Assembly (NCBI GenBank): GCA_004431415.1
Contig: QPMI01000068.1
Coordinates: 135,786-199,785 of the forward strand
DNA: 64,000 bases
DNA from: Cyanophora paradoxa CCMP329
Taxonomy: Eukaryota > Plantae > Glaucophyta
Direction: 5' to 3'
Both the position numbers and the translations under genes were made by a program. The notes under the pieces are model-generated. The model was given only the letters and a program-made list of their open reading frames with translations, searched no databases and was not told the origin of the DNA. Positions within the stretch are counted from its first letter, which is position 1. The number at the start of each line of letters is the position of its first letter. This document shows, piece after piece, positions 11,943 through 21,920 of the stretch.

Positions 11943-13338
11943 TTAGAGATTGACTCGCCTTAATCCGTCGCGGTCCGCTATGAGCATCGTGTGCATGAGA
12001 GCGCGCACGTTAACAGTAAGGCGCATGTTTTGTGGGACGTAGAGGGTTAGGAAACTTGATGAGGAGTTAGTTAGATCGACATAACCACTTTGGGCGATGT
12101 TACGAATCGCCTTCTCTCCGTCCAGACAGAAAGGCAGACCGGACAGGACATAGCGGTTAGCTTCCTTGTCCATGTTAGAACACTTGAATGCATCGGCGAT
12201 GAGTTCCGCACCTTTGAGGAGTGGGATAGGCTCCGTGGAATAAAGACGCTGTCCGTTAATCTCCACCGTGTATGTGATATCCTTCGAGTCCGCATATGTT
12301 TTAAGGACACTGTGGGAGCCGCTGTTATCCTGACCAGTTTTAAGGTAATCACGAACCGAGAATAGAAGAGCGAAAGCAAGCCCCGACATTTGGCTAATGT
12401 TAATACGGTTAGGTTGGTTATTGCCGTTGGCGGCAACATCGAAAGCATCGACGTAGCCGATGTCGATAGCCGGAATCGCAATACCAGTAGTCTTAACCTT
12501 TTCAATGACCGTAGCAAACAGCTCATCGGAAACATTGACGGCATGCATGTAAAGGCGTGGGTTGGTGATCATAATAGTATCCACAGGTGCAGATGATGGA
12601 ATGGACAGACCGGTAATGGTTCCAGTTGTGATGTTTTGACCAACATTGGCAAGAGTTACACCGGTGGCGCTTCCGAGACCATCATTAGCGGTTTGATCGG
12701 CAGCAGCTCCGACAACCGGAAGAGCGCGACCACCATAAGAAGTCTCAATGAATCCACCCTTAGCGGGGTCACGGAACCATGCGGTAACTACCATTTCCCC
12801 TGAGAGCGCGCCAAGGGGTAGATAGCTATTTAACCACGGCACCGGGATTTCCACAAAGAATGATCCACCAAGTCGGTTAGTTCCGTGTTGTGGGATGCCG
12901 TGTAGGAAGCCAGCCGAACGTTTCTTTTTCGCTAGCTGATCCTCCGAATAGTAAACCAGAGGGAAGTGAGCGAGGAAATCAGAAGGCACAGTGAAAAGGT
13001 AAGAGCCATACGAGATTTCGAGACGCTCTACGAGAGCGCCGACGGGCGGACATAACCATTACGAACCAAATCGGTATCACCGATGAAACCCGCAATTTCG
13101 CTAAGATCAAAAGCGAGTTCCAGCTTACCGATAAAGTTGTAACGTGGGAGTTTGAAACTTACTCGTTGCGCAGCGTTGTTAGGGAAGGTTGTCGATGGGC
13201 TAACAGTAACGAGAACGGGTTTAGTCTTCGATTCCAGACCAAGCATAAGCGAGTTATCGAGGAAGAACGCCTTCGCCTCTTCGGGGTGGTTAGCGCCTCT
13301 TTGAGGGAAAGACGTTGGAGGGTTGTTGTGACGTCCAT
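11943..13338 (-). CDS. Major capsid protein, copy 2 (two 1-nt G-run deletions near 13283 and 13044)
   Basis: Copy of 19432-20829. Confidence 0.8.
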
Positions 13339-13389
13339 GTTTTCTCTTTTACAATAATAAAATATAAAAATTCTGTGAATGATCCTTAA

Positions 13390-14400
13390 TTATCCAAAAT
13401 TGCAAATCACCGGATAATTTGGGTGAGTTTCTCTCATTCTCATTTTGAAATACTCATAAATAGGATCACCGGCGGGTTCTTCACCATATCGGATCTCGAA
13501 AGTTAAATGGACAGGTTGCCCCTCGAAATCAATTAATTCGTTTTGAGCATTCACAATTTCTACGGACATTTGAGAGATTGCGAATGGTTTCCCGTAATAC
13601 TTGTATAACGGGTTTGCTTCTGTTGAATTATAAACAACGTGTTCCGCAAAGTCTTTATCTTGCACCACGAGTTTATGGAAGTATCCAGATAGGAGACCAT
13701 CGGCACATTGAACGAGGTCACCCAGTTCTTTTACTCTTACGAATAATACATTATCTTTGCAACTCTCAGTAGGGAATGTCGAGATGATACCATGAACATT
13801 AGCACCTGTAAAGATAGGATCATATTCAGTTGAGTAAATATTAGATTTGATAAATCGGTTACCGGCTCTTCCGGCATCGAGACCAAGCATACGACCGTGT
13901 CGGTTTGATTTTTCAGCCATCGAACTAGAAGGATCCTTAGCAGTTGTGAATGCTATGTAAAATTCATGAGGAGCATAGAATATTACGTGTTTCTCTACGG
14001 TATCCCATTTACACCTTATTTGAGGATCAGGTGTTAAACCAGCAAACCGAGTATTAATACGGTTTACTAATTCCTGATGCGTATGAATTACTAAGCTTCC
14101 GCTACTTTGACCGGGACGAATTGAGCGCCAAACATCAAAACCGGGAGCGGGAGCATTGGTAGAGTTGATCGCTGAATTAGCGATACTAAAATTAATAGTG
14201 AAAGAATCAGTAACTGTGACATCTCCGGGGACACTTTCATCGCTGATAAGAGGAATGGAGTTATAGAATTCCGCCGAAACAAGTCGGACAGCTCTTACAT
14301 TCTCATACATCTTTGGTAATTCAGCGATAAACTTAGACGTCGGCGCATCGAGATTAGGAGCCTGTCTAAATGATGAAACTTCGACATATTCGACCGGCAT
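13390..14400 (-). CDS. Minor capsid-like protein A, copy 2
   Basis: As copy 1, with an N-to-H substitution (LVIHTHQ). Confidence 0.75.
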   Translation of the reverse strand: MPVEYVEVSSFRQAPNLDAPTSKFIAELPKMYENVRAVRLVSAEFYNSIPLISDESVPGDVTVTDSFTINFSIANSAINSTNAPAPGFDVWRSIRPGQSSGSLVIHTHQELVNRINTRFAGLTPDPQIRCKWDTVEKHVIFYAPHEFYIAFTTAKDPSSSMAEKSNRHGRMLGLDAGRAGNRFIKSNIYSTEYDPIFTGANVHGIISTFPTESCKDNVLFVRVKELGDLVQCADGLLSGYFHKLVVQDKDFAEHVVYNSTEANPLYKYYGKPFAISQMSVEIVNAQNELIDFEGQPVHLTFEIRYGEEPAGDPIYEYFKMRMRETHPNYPVICNFG

Positions 14401-14429
14401 GTTTCTTTAATCTATATTCATATAATAAA
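14401..14429. promoter_or_regulatory. 29-bp AT-rich bidirectional intergenic/promoter between the two minor-capsid-like genes
   Basis: GTTTCTTTAATCTATATTCATATAATAAA between divergent ATGs at 14400(-) and 14430(+); contains AT-flanked TCTA. Copies at 9409, 16896 and 21892. Confidence 0.5.
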
Positions 14430-15341
14430 ATGATTCGTCTTATCAATGTCGATAGTAGAGATCGACAACAAGGACAAAAAGAAAACTCTTATAGGGTTGC
14501 ACTCACAAGACCAATAACCAAACCACGGCAATGTCGCGTTTTGTATGCTGAGATTCCGAACAGTATATATAATTCAATAGGAACCGATTATATAACGATT
14601 CGTTATAATATCGATGGTGTTTATATAAATCAGCAACTGTTTCCATTACCGAGTGGTTACATAAATCAAGGACACTTTGGCGTGACACAACCATATAATT
14701 ATGGTTTGAACTTTGCGGTTACTGAGAATATATTATTTAAGATCTACTACAATCCGACGACATACAAATTAGAGTTTTATAGTAATTTCGCTTTTGAACT
14801 CATCGCCGGAAATAATAGGATAGCTAAGTTATTGGGTCTCAGTGCAACAACATTATTAGGTAGCGCAGGACAGATAATAGATAATAATAGGTCTTTATAT
14901 GCTCCCGAAAATATCTTATTTTACGCGGGGACTCCGATAACACCAGATCACCCACAGTGGGGGATAACATTCGAGGGAGCGGAGTTAGTAGCGGCACCGA
15001 TGGCTTTTAAAGCGGTTAGTCCAAAGATGGCGGACATGAACGCTGAACAATACATTTATATGCACATTAAAGAAATTGCCACATTTGCTTCGAACCATCA
15101 TGTAGTTCCGAAATCGCAACCACAGAACCAAGGCGCAATTTTGCGTTTACAATTAAGTCAGGACATCGGAAAGTATATATACCATAGCGGAGAGCATGGC
15201 GAATACATAAAAATAAACGATCGTAATTTGGTGATTAATGAGTTAACGGTAGAATTTCGTGATTATTACGGTGATCTTGTTGATATGAACGGAATCGATA
15301 ATTCGTTTGAGTTGGAGTTTTTAGCGTTAGGTATTGATTAG
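14430..15341 (+). CDS. Minor capsid (penton)-like protein B, intact
   Basis: INVDSRDR...YRVAL...VLYAEIPNSIYN N-terminus and LTVEFRDYYGDLVDMNGIDNSFELEF C-terminus typical of NCLDV/PLV single-jelly-roll minor capsid proteins. Confidence 0.8.
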   Translation: MIRLINVDSRDRQQGQKENSYRVALTRPITKPRQCRVLYAEIPNSIYNSIGTDYITIRYNIDGVYINQQLFPLPSGYINQGHFGVTQPYNYGLNFAVTENILFKIYYNPTTYKLEFYSNFAFELIAGNNRIAKLLGLSATTLLGSAGQIIDNNRSLYAPENILFYAGTPITPDHPQWGITFEGAELVAAPMAFKAVSPKMADMNAEQYIYMHIKEIATFASNHHVVPKSQPQNQGAILRLQLSQDIGKYIYHSGEHGEYIKINDRNLVINELTVEFRDYYGDLVDMNGIDNSFELEFLALGID

Positions 15342-16045
15342 TCTTCTTTGTCATCGGTGAATGGGTCATGATCACCGAATATATCCACAAGTATTATATT
15401 ATTATCATTTAGATCGGCTATATACCATCCTGTTTCTTTTGTCCAAATTGCACCATGTTTATGTAGCAATTTACGGAGACTTTTACGGCTTCTGATGACT
15501 AAACCGAATTCTTCGAATTTATCATGAACACTTGAAAGATCACGTTTAGGCACGTTTAGATAAACCCGACGGTCTAACTTTTCTCTTTCCAGCCGATGTG
15601 CAATATAATCAATTTCATGCCTTACACGAACCAGAAGAAAACATAATTCGTTTTGTAGCTCGATTTCATCATTGAAAACCTCCGTTAAATCCAAGATTTT
15701 GCGATAATGTGCAATGTTAACCCTTTCATCCTCTTCTATTTCATCATCATCCATACGACAAAACCTATTATCATAGGTATGAACATATACTTCTTTGGTA
15801 TTTGACGGATAGTAACCAATAGATGAGATATGAGTAAGTTTAAGATCATCACCGAATCCATGCCGTCCGACTTGAATAGCATGACTAACTATATGCATTT
15901 GATCAAGATGAAACTTATCTATTTTAAGAATTTCTGAAAAAGCCGGGTTTCCTTCTATTTTAATATCGAAAACACGCCCTCTTATGTCATCAGCATCTCT
16001 AATAATACGTCTCGTTCCATCAGGTGCAATTTCGACGCGAGCCAT
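15338..16045 (-). CDS. Hypothetical 235-aa protein, copy 1
   Basis: Intact ORF convergent with minor capsid B (4-nt overlap); C-terminal VYLNVP...KHGAIWTKETGWYI. Confidence 0.7.
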   Translation of the reverse strand: MARVEIAPDGTRRIIRDADDIRGRVFDIKIEGNPAFSEILKIDKFHLDQMHIVSHAIQVGRHGFGDDLKLTHISSIGYYPSNTKEVYVHTYDNRFCRMDDDEIEEDERVNIAHYRKILDLTEVFNDEIELQNELCFLLVRVRHEIDYIAHRLEREKLDRRVYLNVPKRDLSSVHDKFEEFGLVIRSRKSLRKLLHKHGAIWTKETGWYIADLNDNNIILVDIFGDHDPFTDDKED

Positions 16046-16502
16046 CGTTACTTATCTCTTACACAGAAAATATTTTTCTTTCTTAACCCTCTATATCACA
16101 ACTTCCTTAAATCAATTTGTGTAGCTCACGGGGCTTTCATTTTTCGCACGATATACAGTGAGACTTTCATTTTTACTGTCGATAAAATCAGGTTACCTGA
16201 GTGTTAAACGTCAAGGTTTTCGCAAAATATGAAAAAGTTAACGATAGAACAGACAGTAAAACAGGTTGCTGTAAGTGTTTATTGATGAACAACAAAACAA
16301 TTATTTGTAAATACTCAATAAACTGATTTACTGTTATATTTAAAGATCTCTTCTTGTAGCGGAGCGAAAGAAATGTAATATATCATCGTTAATAGAAGAG
16401 AGGATAATAGGTATCTTTGGTGGATCTCCACATACGGAGAGACATAAAGTATCGAGATTTCCGACACGGTAATAAGTGGTAAAAGAAGATGTAACAGGTT
16501 AA

Positions 16503-16895
16503 TTAATTGTGATTCAGTGTAGTGTAACAGGTGTAACAGGTTCTCCCCAAAGTTCCAAGCCGCCGACCTCCTCCTAGGGGAAAGTTTGGGATGACATTAC
16601 TTTGACCGGGACGAATTGAGCGCCAAACATCAAAACCGGGAGCGGGAGCATTGGTAGAGTTGATCGCTGAATTAGCGATACTAAAATTAATAGTGAAAGA
16701 ATCAGTAACTGTGACATCTCCGGGGACACTTTCATCGCTGATAAGAGGAATGGAGTTATAGAATTCCGCCGAAACAAGTCGGACAGCTCTTACATTCTCA
16801 TACATCTTTGGTAATTCAGCGATAAACTTAGACGTCGGCGCATCGAGATTAGGAGCCTGTCTAAATGATGAAACTTCGACATATTCGACCGGCAT
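16503..16895 (-). pseudogene. Truncated/chimeric minor capsid-like protein A (first 99 aa, then reads into the iteron element)
   Basis: Identical to 8398-9408 through RSIRPGQS, then diverges at junction 16595-16598. Confidence 0.85.
16522..16594. repeat. Truncated third copy of the iteron/hairpin element, cut by the duplication-2 breakpoint
   Basis: Identical to 24012-24084; lacks the distal GTTACAC iterons. Confidence 0.9.
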
Positions 16896-16924
16896 GTTTC
16901 TTTAATCTATATTCATATAATAAA

Positions 16925-17566
16925 ATGATTCGTCTTATCAATGTCGATAGTAGAGATCGACAACAAGGACAAAAAGAAAACTCTTATAGGGTTGCACTCA
17001 CAAGACCAATAACCAAACCACGGCAATGTCGCGTTTTGTATGCTGAGATTCCGAACAGTATATATAATTCAATAGGAACCGATTATATAACGATTCGTTA
17101 TAATATCGATGGTGTTTATATAAATCAGCAACTGTTTCCATTACCGAGTGGTTACATAAATCAAGGACACTTTGGCGTGACACAACCATATAATTATGGT
17201 TTGAACTTTGCGGTTACTGAGAATATATTATTTAAGATCTACTACAATCCGACGACATACAAATTAGAGTTTTATAGTAATTTCGCTTTTGAACTCATCG
17301 CCGGAAATAATAGGATAGCTAAGTTATTGGGTCTCAGTGCAACAACATTATTAGGTAGCGCAGGACAGATAATAGATAATAATAGGTCTTTTAGGGTTGT
17401 CATTTTTTGGCGACCGGACAAGCTCTTGTCTACGTTTTTCTATCGCAGATGCAACGGCGTAAATCTGACGTTTCGCTTAAATAATATTATAGACTTCTTC
17501 GAGCATTTTCCGATACTTATTACAAATATTTTAATTACCGCGATGTTCAAACGCTTGTCTTCGTAA
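16925..17566 (+). pseudogene. Second truncated/chimeric minor capsid-like protein B
   Basis: Copy of 9438-10079. Confidence 0.85.
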
Positions 17567-17779
17567 ATCATCACTTTGATCGACAGAAAACCGGCGACCA
17601 TTTGTAGCGGGTTCTGAATGTGTGGAATCTACCGAATGTCTCCGGGACTCTCTACCTTCCGTTACATTATCTTCGGTATCTGAAAAACCAAGTTCTACGG
17701 TTGTATCACAGCATCCGCTGTGACAATTGCTTACAATGTGCAGGTTAAACATCTCTATGATCTTTTGGAGAAAGTCCAT
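17531..17779 (-). CDS. Hypothetical 82-aa protein, copy 3
   Basis: Identical to 5052-5300. Confidence 0.55.
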   Translation of the reverse strand: MDFLQKIIEMFNLHIVSNCHSGCCDTTVELGFSDTEDNVTEGRESRRHSVDSTHSEPATNGRRFSVDQSDDLRRQAFEHRGN

Positions 17780-17806
17780 CGAGAATCCTTTATTAATCAG
17801 ATATAT

Positions 17807-18538
17807 TTAAAGCCAAACTCTCCGCTTGTATACTGTTGGTGCTACGGCTTTCTCTACTTCCGCTTTGGTAGCGCCAGGCTCTATGGTTCCCTTCTTTTTG
17901 GTATTCATTTCATCCACCGCTTGCTCATCTATTTGTGTCTCTTTCTTCCGAATAAATTGAGTATCAGGAAGTCCCGTAATACCCATTCGGAAAACCTCTT
18001 TACGTAACATCTCCTTCATTTTAGCGCGTTCTTTCTTCTCCATTACATACTGTTCCAGCGCACTCGACTTAGCTTCGAGATCACGTAGTTTAGCGGTCAT
18101 TGTGTCCCATTCAGCCTTTGGCATTCGGTGGACGTTTTGAGTCGGAGCGACTTTATAAGTTACTTCTCCCGCCATCGATTGTATAACCTTGTCTGATTCT
18201 TTCGAAACACCTTGACCTTTGCAGGCAAGTGCAAGATCTTGTAGACCAAGACCGCGATCATCGGCGGCACCGATAATACGACGCGCACCCTCACCGACCG
18301 CCTTCATCTTCGATGCATCCGGTGATACATTGAGTGTTTCACTTGTCGATGCTTGCGGTGCTTTGTCCGCCGGCGATTCTTCATAAGCAGCATTTAAAGG
18401 ATCTTCTTCGGGTTGCGATGGTTTCACTTGATTAACTCCGTCAAATTTCATAGGTGTAGTATTAAGTGATCCGTAACTTTCACCACCGGAATATGAAATA
18501 GCCCCAGCGGGGACACCTACTTTACGTTTTGGCGGCAT
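17807..18538 (-). CDS. Hypothetical 243-aa protein, copy 3 (intact)
   Basis: Intact ORF with N-terminal PPKRKV and a charged coiled-coil C-terminal half. Confidence 0.7.
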   Translation of the reverse strand: MPPKRKVGVPAGAISYSGGESYGSLNTTPMKFDGVNQVKPSQPEEDPLNAAYEESPADKAPQASTSETLNVSPDASKMKAVGEGARRIIGAADDRGLGLQDLALACKGQGVSKESDKVIQSMAGEVTYKVAPTQNVHRMPKAEWDTMTAKLRDLEAKSSALEQYVMEKKERAKMKEMLRKEVFRMGITGLPDTQFIRKKETQIDEQAVDEMNTKKKGTIEPGATKAEVEKAVAPTVYKRRVWL

Positions 18539-18566
18539 TGTATCTTTAACTATATGGAAGATATTT

Positions 18567-19349
18567 TTAAAGTCCTCTCTTATATCGCATCAATTTATTC
18601 GAATGAACAGCGCTTTTAATCTCTTTTGGCGCTTCCTCCTTCTCGGGCGGTTTTAATTCGTCTTCTTTCTTTTTAGGTTTGCGATGGAACCGTGGGAATC
18701 CAAAGTTTTTAACGAGATCCGCTTTATCTACATAATACTTTACCGAATAATCAGCGGATGACCAAATGAGAAACTGATATGAATGAACGTATTCCTCAAA
18801 CATCTTATAAAAAGCGTCTTTATCACGCATTATATTGTATTCTTCCTCAATTGCTTCAAGTTCTTTTCGATTAGCGGCGCTAAGAAACATTGCATAATCC
18901 GAATTAACGCGAATAGTGGAAGAAACCTTACGCAGTTTCTGAGTTATGCAGATGCAGGACACCATACTATGGCGTCCACGCGAATATACAGAGCCAATTA
19001 TTTTATCACGGGTTAGGTCTACTAACTCATTATCTATCAAATCATCCAGGATAATACACAATTGGTTAACGGGTTCCCCTTTCTCTATTTTCTCTTGTCT
19101 TTCATCGAGAAGTTTAGCGATGTAAGGCGCATCCCATTTACCGAGCTGTAATGTAGCGACATTATCCCAGAAATGATTAAAGCTAGTTCCACTTATAACT
19201 AAAACTACATCTAACTTTTTAGCATCGTGTAACTGTTTTAACCAATACTTTACCGCTTCCGACTTACCAGTAGCCGATTTTCCGATTGCAAGGACGCGAA
19301 AAGGTGGTTTTATCATTTCAGCGGCATTAAACTCTTCTAAATCCGCCAT
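18567..19349 (-). CDS. A32-like packaging ATPase, copy 3 (intact)
   Basis: Walker A GKSATGKS, Walker B IILDD, RGRH motif. Confidence 0.92.
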   Translation of the reverse strand: MADLEEFNAAEMIKPPFRVLAIGKSATGKSEAVKYWLKQLHDAKKLDVVLVISGTSFNHFWDNVATLQLGKWDAPYIAKLLDERQEKIEKGEPVNQLCIILDDLIDNELVDLTRDKIIGSVYSRGRHSMVSCICITQKLRKVSSTIRVNSDYAMFLSAANRKELEAIEEEYNIMRDKDAFYKMFEEYVHSYQFLIWSSADYSVKYYVDKADLVKNFGFPRFHRKPKKKEDELKPPEKEEAPKEIKSAVHSNKLMRYKRGL

Positions 19350-19431
19350 GGTGTTGTAGATCTTCTTAATAAAGATAGATAAAAATAACGAAATATGACT
19401 AAATAATGGTAACAAACACATACACTGTTTA

Positions 19432-20829
19432 TTAGAGATTGACTCGCCTTAATCCGTCGCGGTCCGCTATGAGCATCGTGTGCATGAGAGCGCGCACGTT
19501 AACAGTAAGGCGCATGTTTTGTGGGACGTAGAGGGTTAGGAAACTTGATGAGGAGTTAGTTAGATCGACATAACCACTTTGGGCGATGTTACGAATCGCC
19601 TTCTCTCCGTCCAGACAGAAAGGCAGACCGGACAGGACATAGCGGTTAGCTTCCTTGTCCATGTTAGAACACTTGAATGCATCGGCGATGAGTTCCGCAC
19701 CTTTGAGGAGTGGGATAGGCTCCGTGGAATAAAGACGCTGTCCGTTAATCTCCACCGTGTATGTGATATCCTTCGAGTCCGCATATGTTTTAAGGACACT
19801 GTGGGAGCCGCTGTTATCCTGACCAGTTTTAAGGTAATCACGAACCGAGAATAGAAGAGCGAAAGCAAGCCCCGACATTTGGCTAATGTTAATACGGTTA
19901 GGTTGGTTATTGCCGTTGGCGGCAACATCGAAAGCATCGACGTAGCCGATGTCGATAGCCGGAATCGCAATACCAGTAGTCTTAACCTTTTCAATGACCG
20001 TAGCAAACAGCTCATCGGAAACATTGACGGCATGCATGTAAAGGCGTGGGTTGGTGATCATAATAGTATCCACAGGTGCAGATGATGGAATGGACAGACC
20101 GGTAATGGTTCCAGTTGTGATGTTTTGACCAACATTGGCAAGAGTTACACCGGTGGCGCTTCCGAGACCATCATTAGCGGTTTGATCGGCAGCAGCTCCG
20201 ACAACCGGAAGAGCGCGACCACCATAAGAAGTCTCAATGAATCCACCCTTAGCGGGGTCACGGAACCATGCGGTAACTACCATTTCCCCTGAGAGCGCGC
20301 CAAGGGGTAGATAGCTATTTAACCACGGCACCGGGATTTCCACAAAGAATGATCCACCAAGTCGGTTAGTTCCGTGTTGTGGGATGCCGTGTAGGAAGCC
20401 AGCCGAACGTTTCTTTTTCGCTAGCTGATCCTCCGAATAGTAAACCAGAGGGAAGTGAGCGAGGAAATCAGAAGGCACAGTGAAAAGGTAAGAGCCATAC
20501 GAGATTTCGAGACGCTCTACGAGAGCGCCGACGGGGCGGACATAACCATTACGAACCAAATCGGTATCACCGATGAAACCCGCAATTTCGCTAAGATCAA
20601 AAGCGAGTTCCAGCTTACCGATAAAGTTGTAACGTGGGAGTTTGAAACTTACTCGTTGCGCAGCGTTGTTAGGGAAGGTTGTCGATGGGCTAACAGTAAC
20701 GAGAACGGGTTTAGTCTTCGATTCCAGACCAAGCATAAGCGAGTTATCGAGGAAGAACGCCTTCGCCTCTTCGGGGGTGGTTAGCGCCTCTTTGAGGGAA
20801 AGACGTTGGAGGGTTGTTGTGACGTCCAT
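19432..20829 (-). CDS. Major capsid protein (double jelly-roll-like), copy 3 (intact, 465 aa)
   Basis: Size, beta-rich pattern (VSFKLPRYNFIGKLELAFDL; ALVERLEISYG; YLPLGAL; VEINGQRLY; SGYVDLTN) and position between the ATPase and minor capsid genes. Confidence 0.85.
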   Translation of the reverse strand: MDVTTTLQRLSLKEALTTPEEAKAFFLDNSLMLGLESKTKPVLVTVSPSTTFPNNAAQRVSFKLPRYNFIGKLELAFDLSEIAGFIGDTDLVRNGYVRPVGALVERLEISYGSYLFTVPSDFLAHFPLVYYSEDQLAKKKRSAGFLHGIPQHGTNRLGGSFFVEIPVPWLNSYLPLGALSGEMVVTAWFRDPAKGGFIETSYGGRALPVVGAAADQTANDGLGSATGVTLANVGQNITTGTITGLSIPSSAPVDTIMITNPRLYMHAVNVSDELFATVIEKVKTTGIAIPAIDIGYVDAFDVAANGNNQPNRINISQMSGLAFALLFSVRDYLKTGQDNSGSHSVLKTYADSKDITYTVEINGQRLYSTEPIPLLKGAELIADAFKCSNMDKEANRYVLSGLPFCLDGEKAIRNIAQSGYVDLTNSSSSFLTLYVPQNMRLTVNVRALMHTMLIADRDGLRRVNL

Positions 20830-20880
20830 GTTTTCTCTTTTACAATAATAAAATATAAAAATTCTGTGAATGATCCTTAA

Positions 20881-21891
20881 TTATCCAAAATTGCAAATCA
20901 CCGGATAATTTGGGTGAGTTTCTCTCATTCTCATTTTGAAATACTCATAAATAGGATCACCGGCGGGTTCTTCACCATATCGGATCTCGAAAGTTAAATG
21001 GACAGGTTGCCCCTCGAAATCAATTAATTCGTTTTGAGCATTCACAATTTCTACGGACATTTGAGAGATTGCGAATGGTTTCCCGTAATACTTGTATAAC
21101 GGGTTTGCTTCTGTTGAATTATAAACAACGTGTTCCGCAAAGTCTTTATCTTGCACCACGAGTTTATGGAAGTATCCAGATAGGAGACCATCGGCACATT
21201 GAACGAGGTCACCCAGTTCTTTTACTCTTACGAATAATACATTATCTTTGCAACTCTCAGTAGGGAATGTCGAGATGATACCATGAACATTAGCACCTGT
21301 AAAGATAGGATCATATTCAGTTGAGTAAATATTAGATTTGATAAATCGGTTACCGGCTCTTCCGGCATCGAGACCAAGCATACGACCGTGTCGGTTTGAT
21401 TTTTCAGCCATCGAACTAGAAGGATCCTTAGCAGTTGTGAATGCTATGTAAAATTCATGAGGAGCATAGAATATTACGTGTTTCTCTACGGTATCCCATT
21501 TACACCTTATTTGAGGATCAGGTGTTAAACCAGCAAACCGAGTATTAATACGGTTTACTAATTCCTGATGCGTATGAATTACTAAGCTTCCGCTACTTTG
21601 ACCGGGACGAATTGAGCGCCAAACATCAAAACCGGGAGCGGGAGCATTGGTAGAGTTGATCGCTGAATTAGCGATACTAAAATTAATAGTGAAAGAATCA
21701 GTAACTGTGACATCTCCGGGGACACTTTCATCGCTGATAAGAGGAATGGAGTTATAGAATTCCGCCGAAACAAGTCGGACAGCTCTTACATTCTCATACA
21801 TCTTTGGTAATTCAGCGATAAACTTAGACGTCGGCGCATCGAGATTAGGAGCCTGTCTAAATGATGAAACTTCGACATATTCGACCGGCAT
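20881..21891 (-). CDS. Minor capsid-like protein A, copy 3
   Basis: Protein identical to copy 2. Confidence 0.75.
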   Translation of the reverse strand: MPVEYVEVSSFRQAPNLDAPTSKFIAELPKMYENVRAVRLVSAEFYNSIPLISDESVPGDVTVTDSFTINFSIANSAINSTNAPAPGFDVWRSIRPGQSSGSLVIHTHQELVNRINTRFAGLTPDPQIRCKWDTVEKHVIFYAPHEFYIAFTTAKDPSSSMAEKSNRHGRMLGLDAGRAGNRFIKSNIYSTEYDPIFTGANVHGIISTFPTESCKDNVLFVRVKELGDLVQCADGLLSGYFHKLVVQDKDFAEHVVYNSTEANPLYKYYGKPFAISQMSVEIVNAQNELIDFEGQPVHLTFEIRYGEEPAGDPIYEYFKMRMRETHPNYPVICNFG

Positions 21892-21920
21892 GTTTCTTTA
21901 ATCTATATTCATATAATAAA

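Larger units (their letters stand above)
4909..14896. repeat. Tandem duplication 1, period 4992 bp (4909-9900 / 9901-14892), junction microhomology CTTT at 9901-9904
   Basis: Junction AATAGGT-CTTT-TAGGGTTG joins parental ...AATAGGT-CTTT-ATATG (14893) to ...AAATA-CTTT-TAGGGTTG (4909); near-identical ORFs are offset by ~4992. Confidence 0.95.

Noticed and set aside
7078-20085. Overlapping or antisense ORFs inside MCP, ATPase and minor capsid genes (e.g. 157 aa at 7078-7551)
   Set aside because: Shadow frames of real genes; they recur only because the DNA is duplicated.
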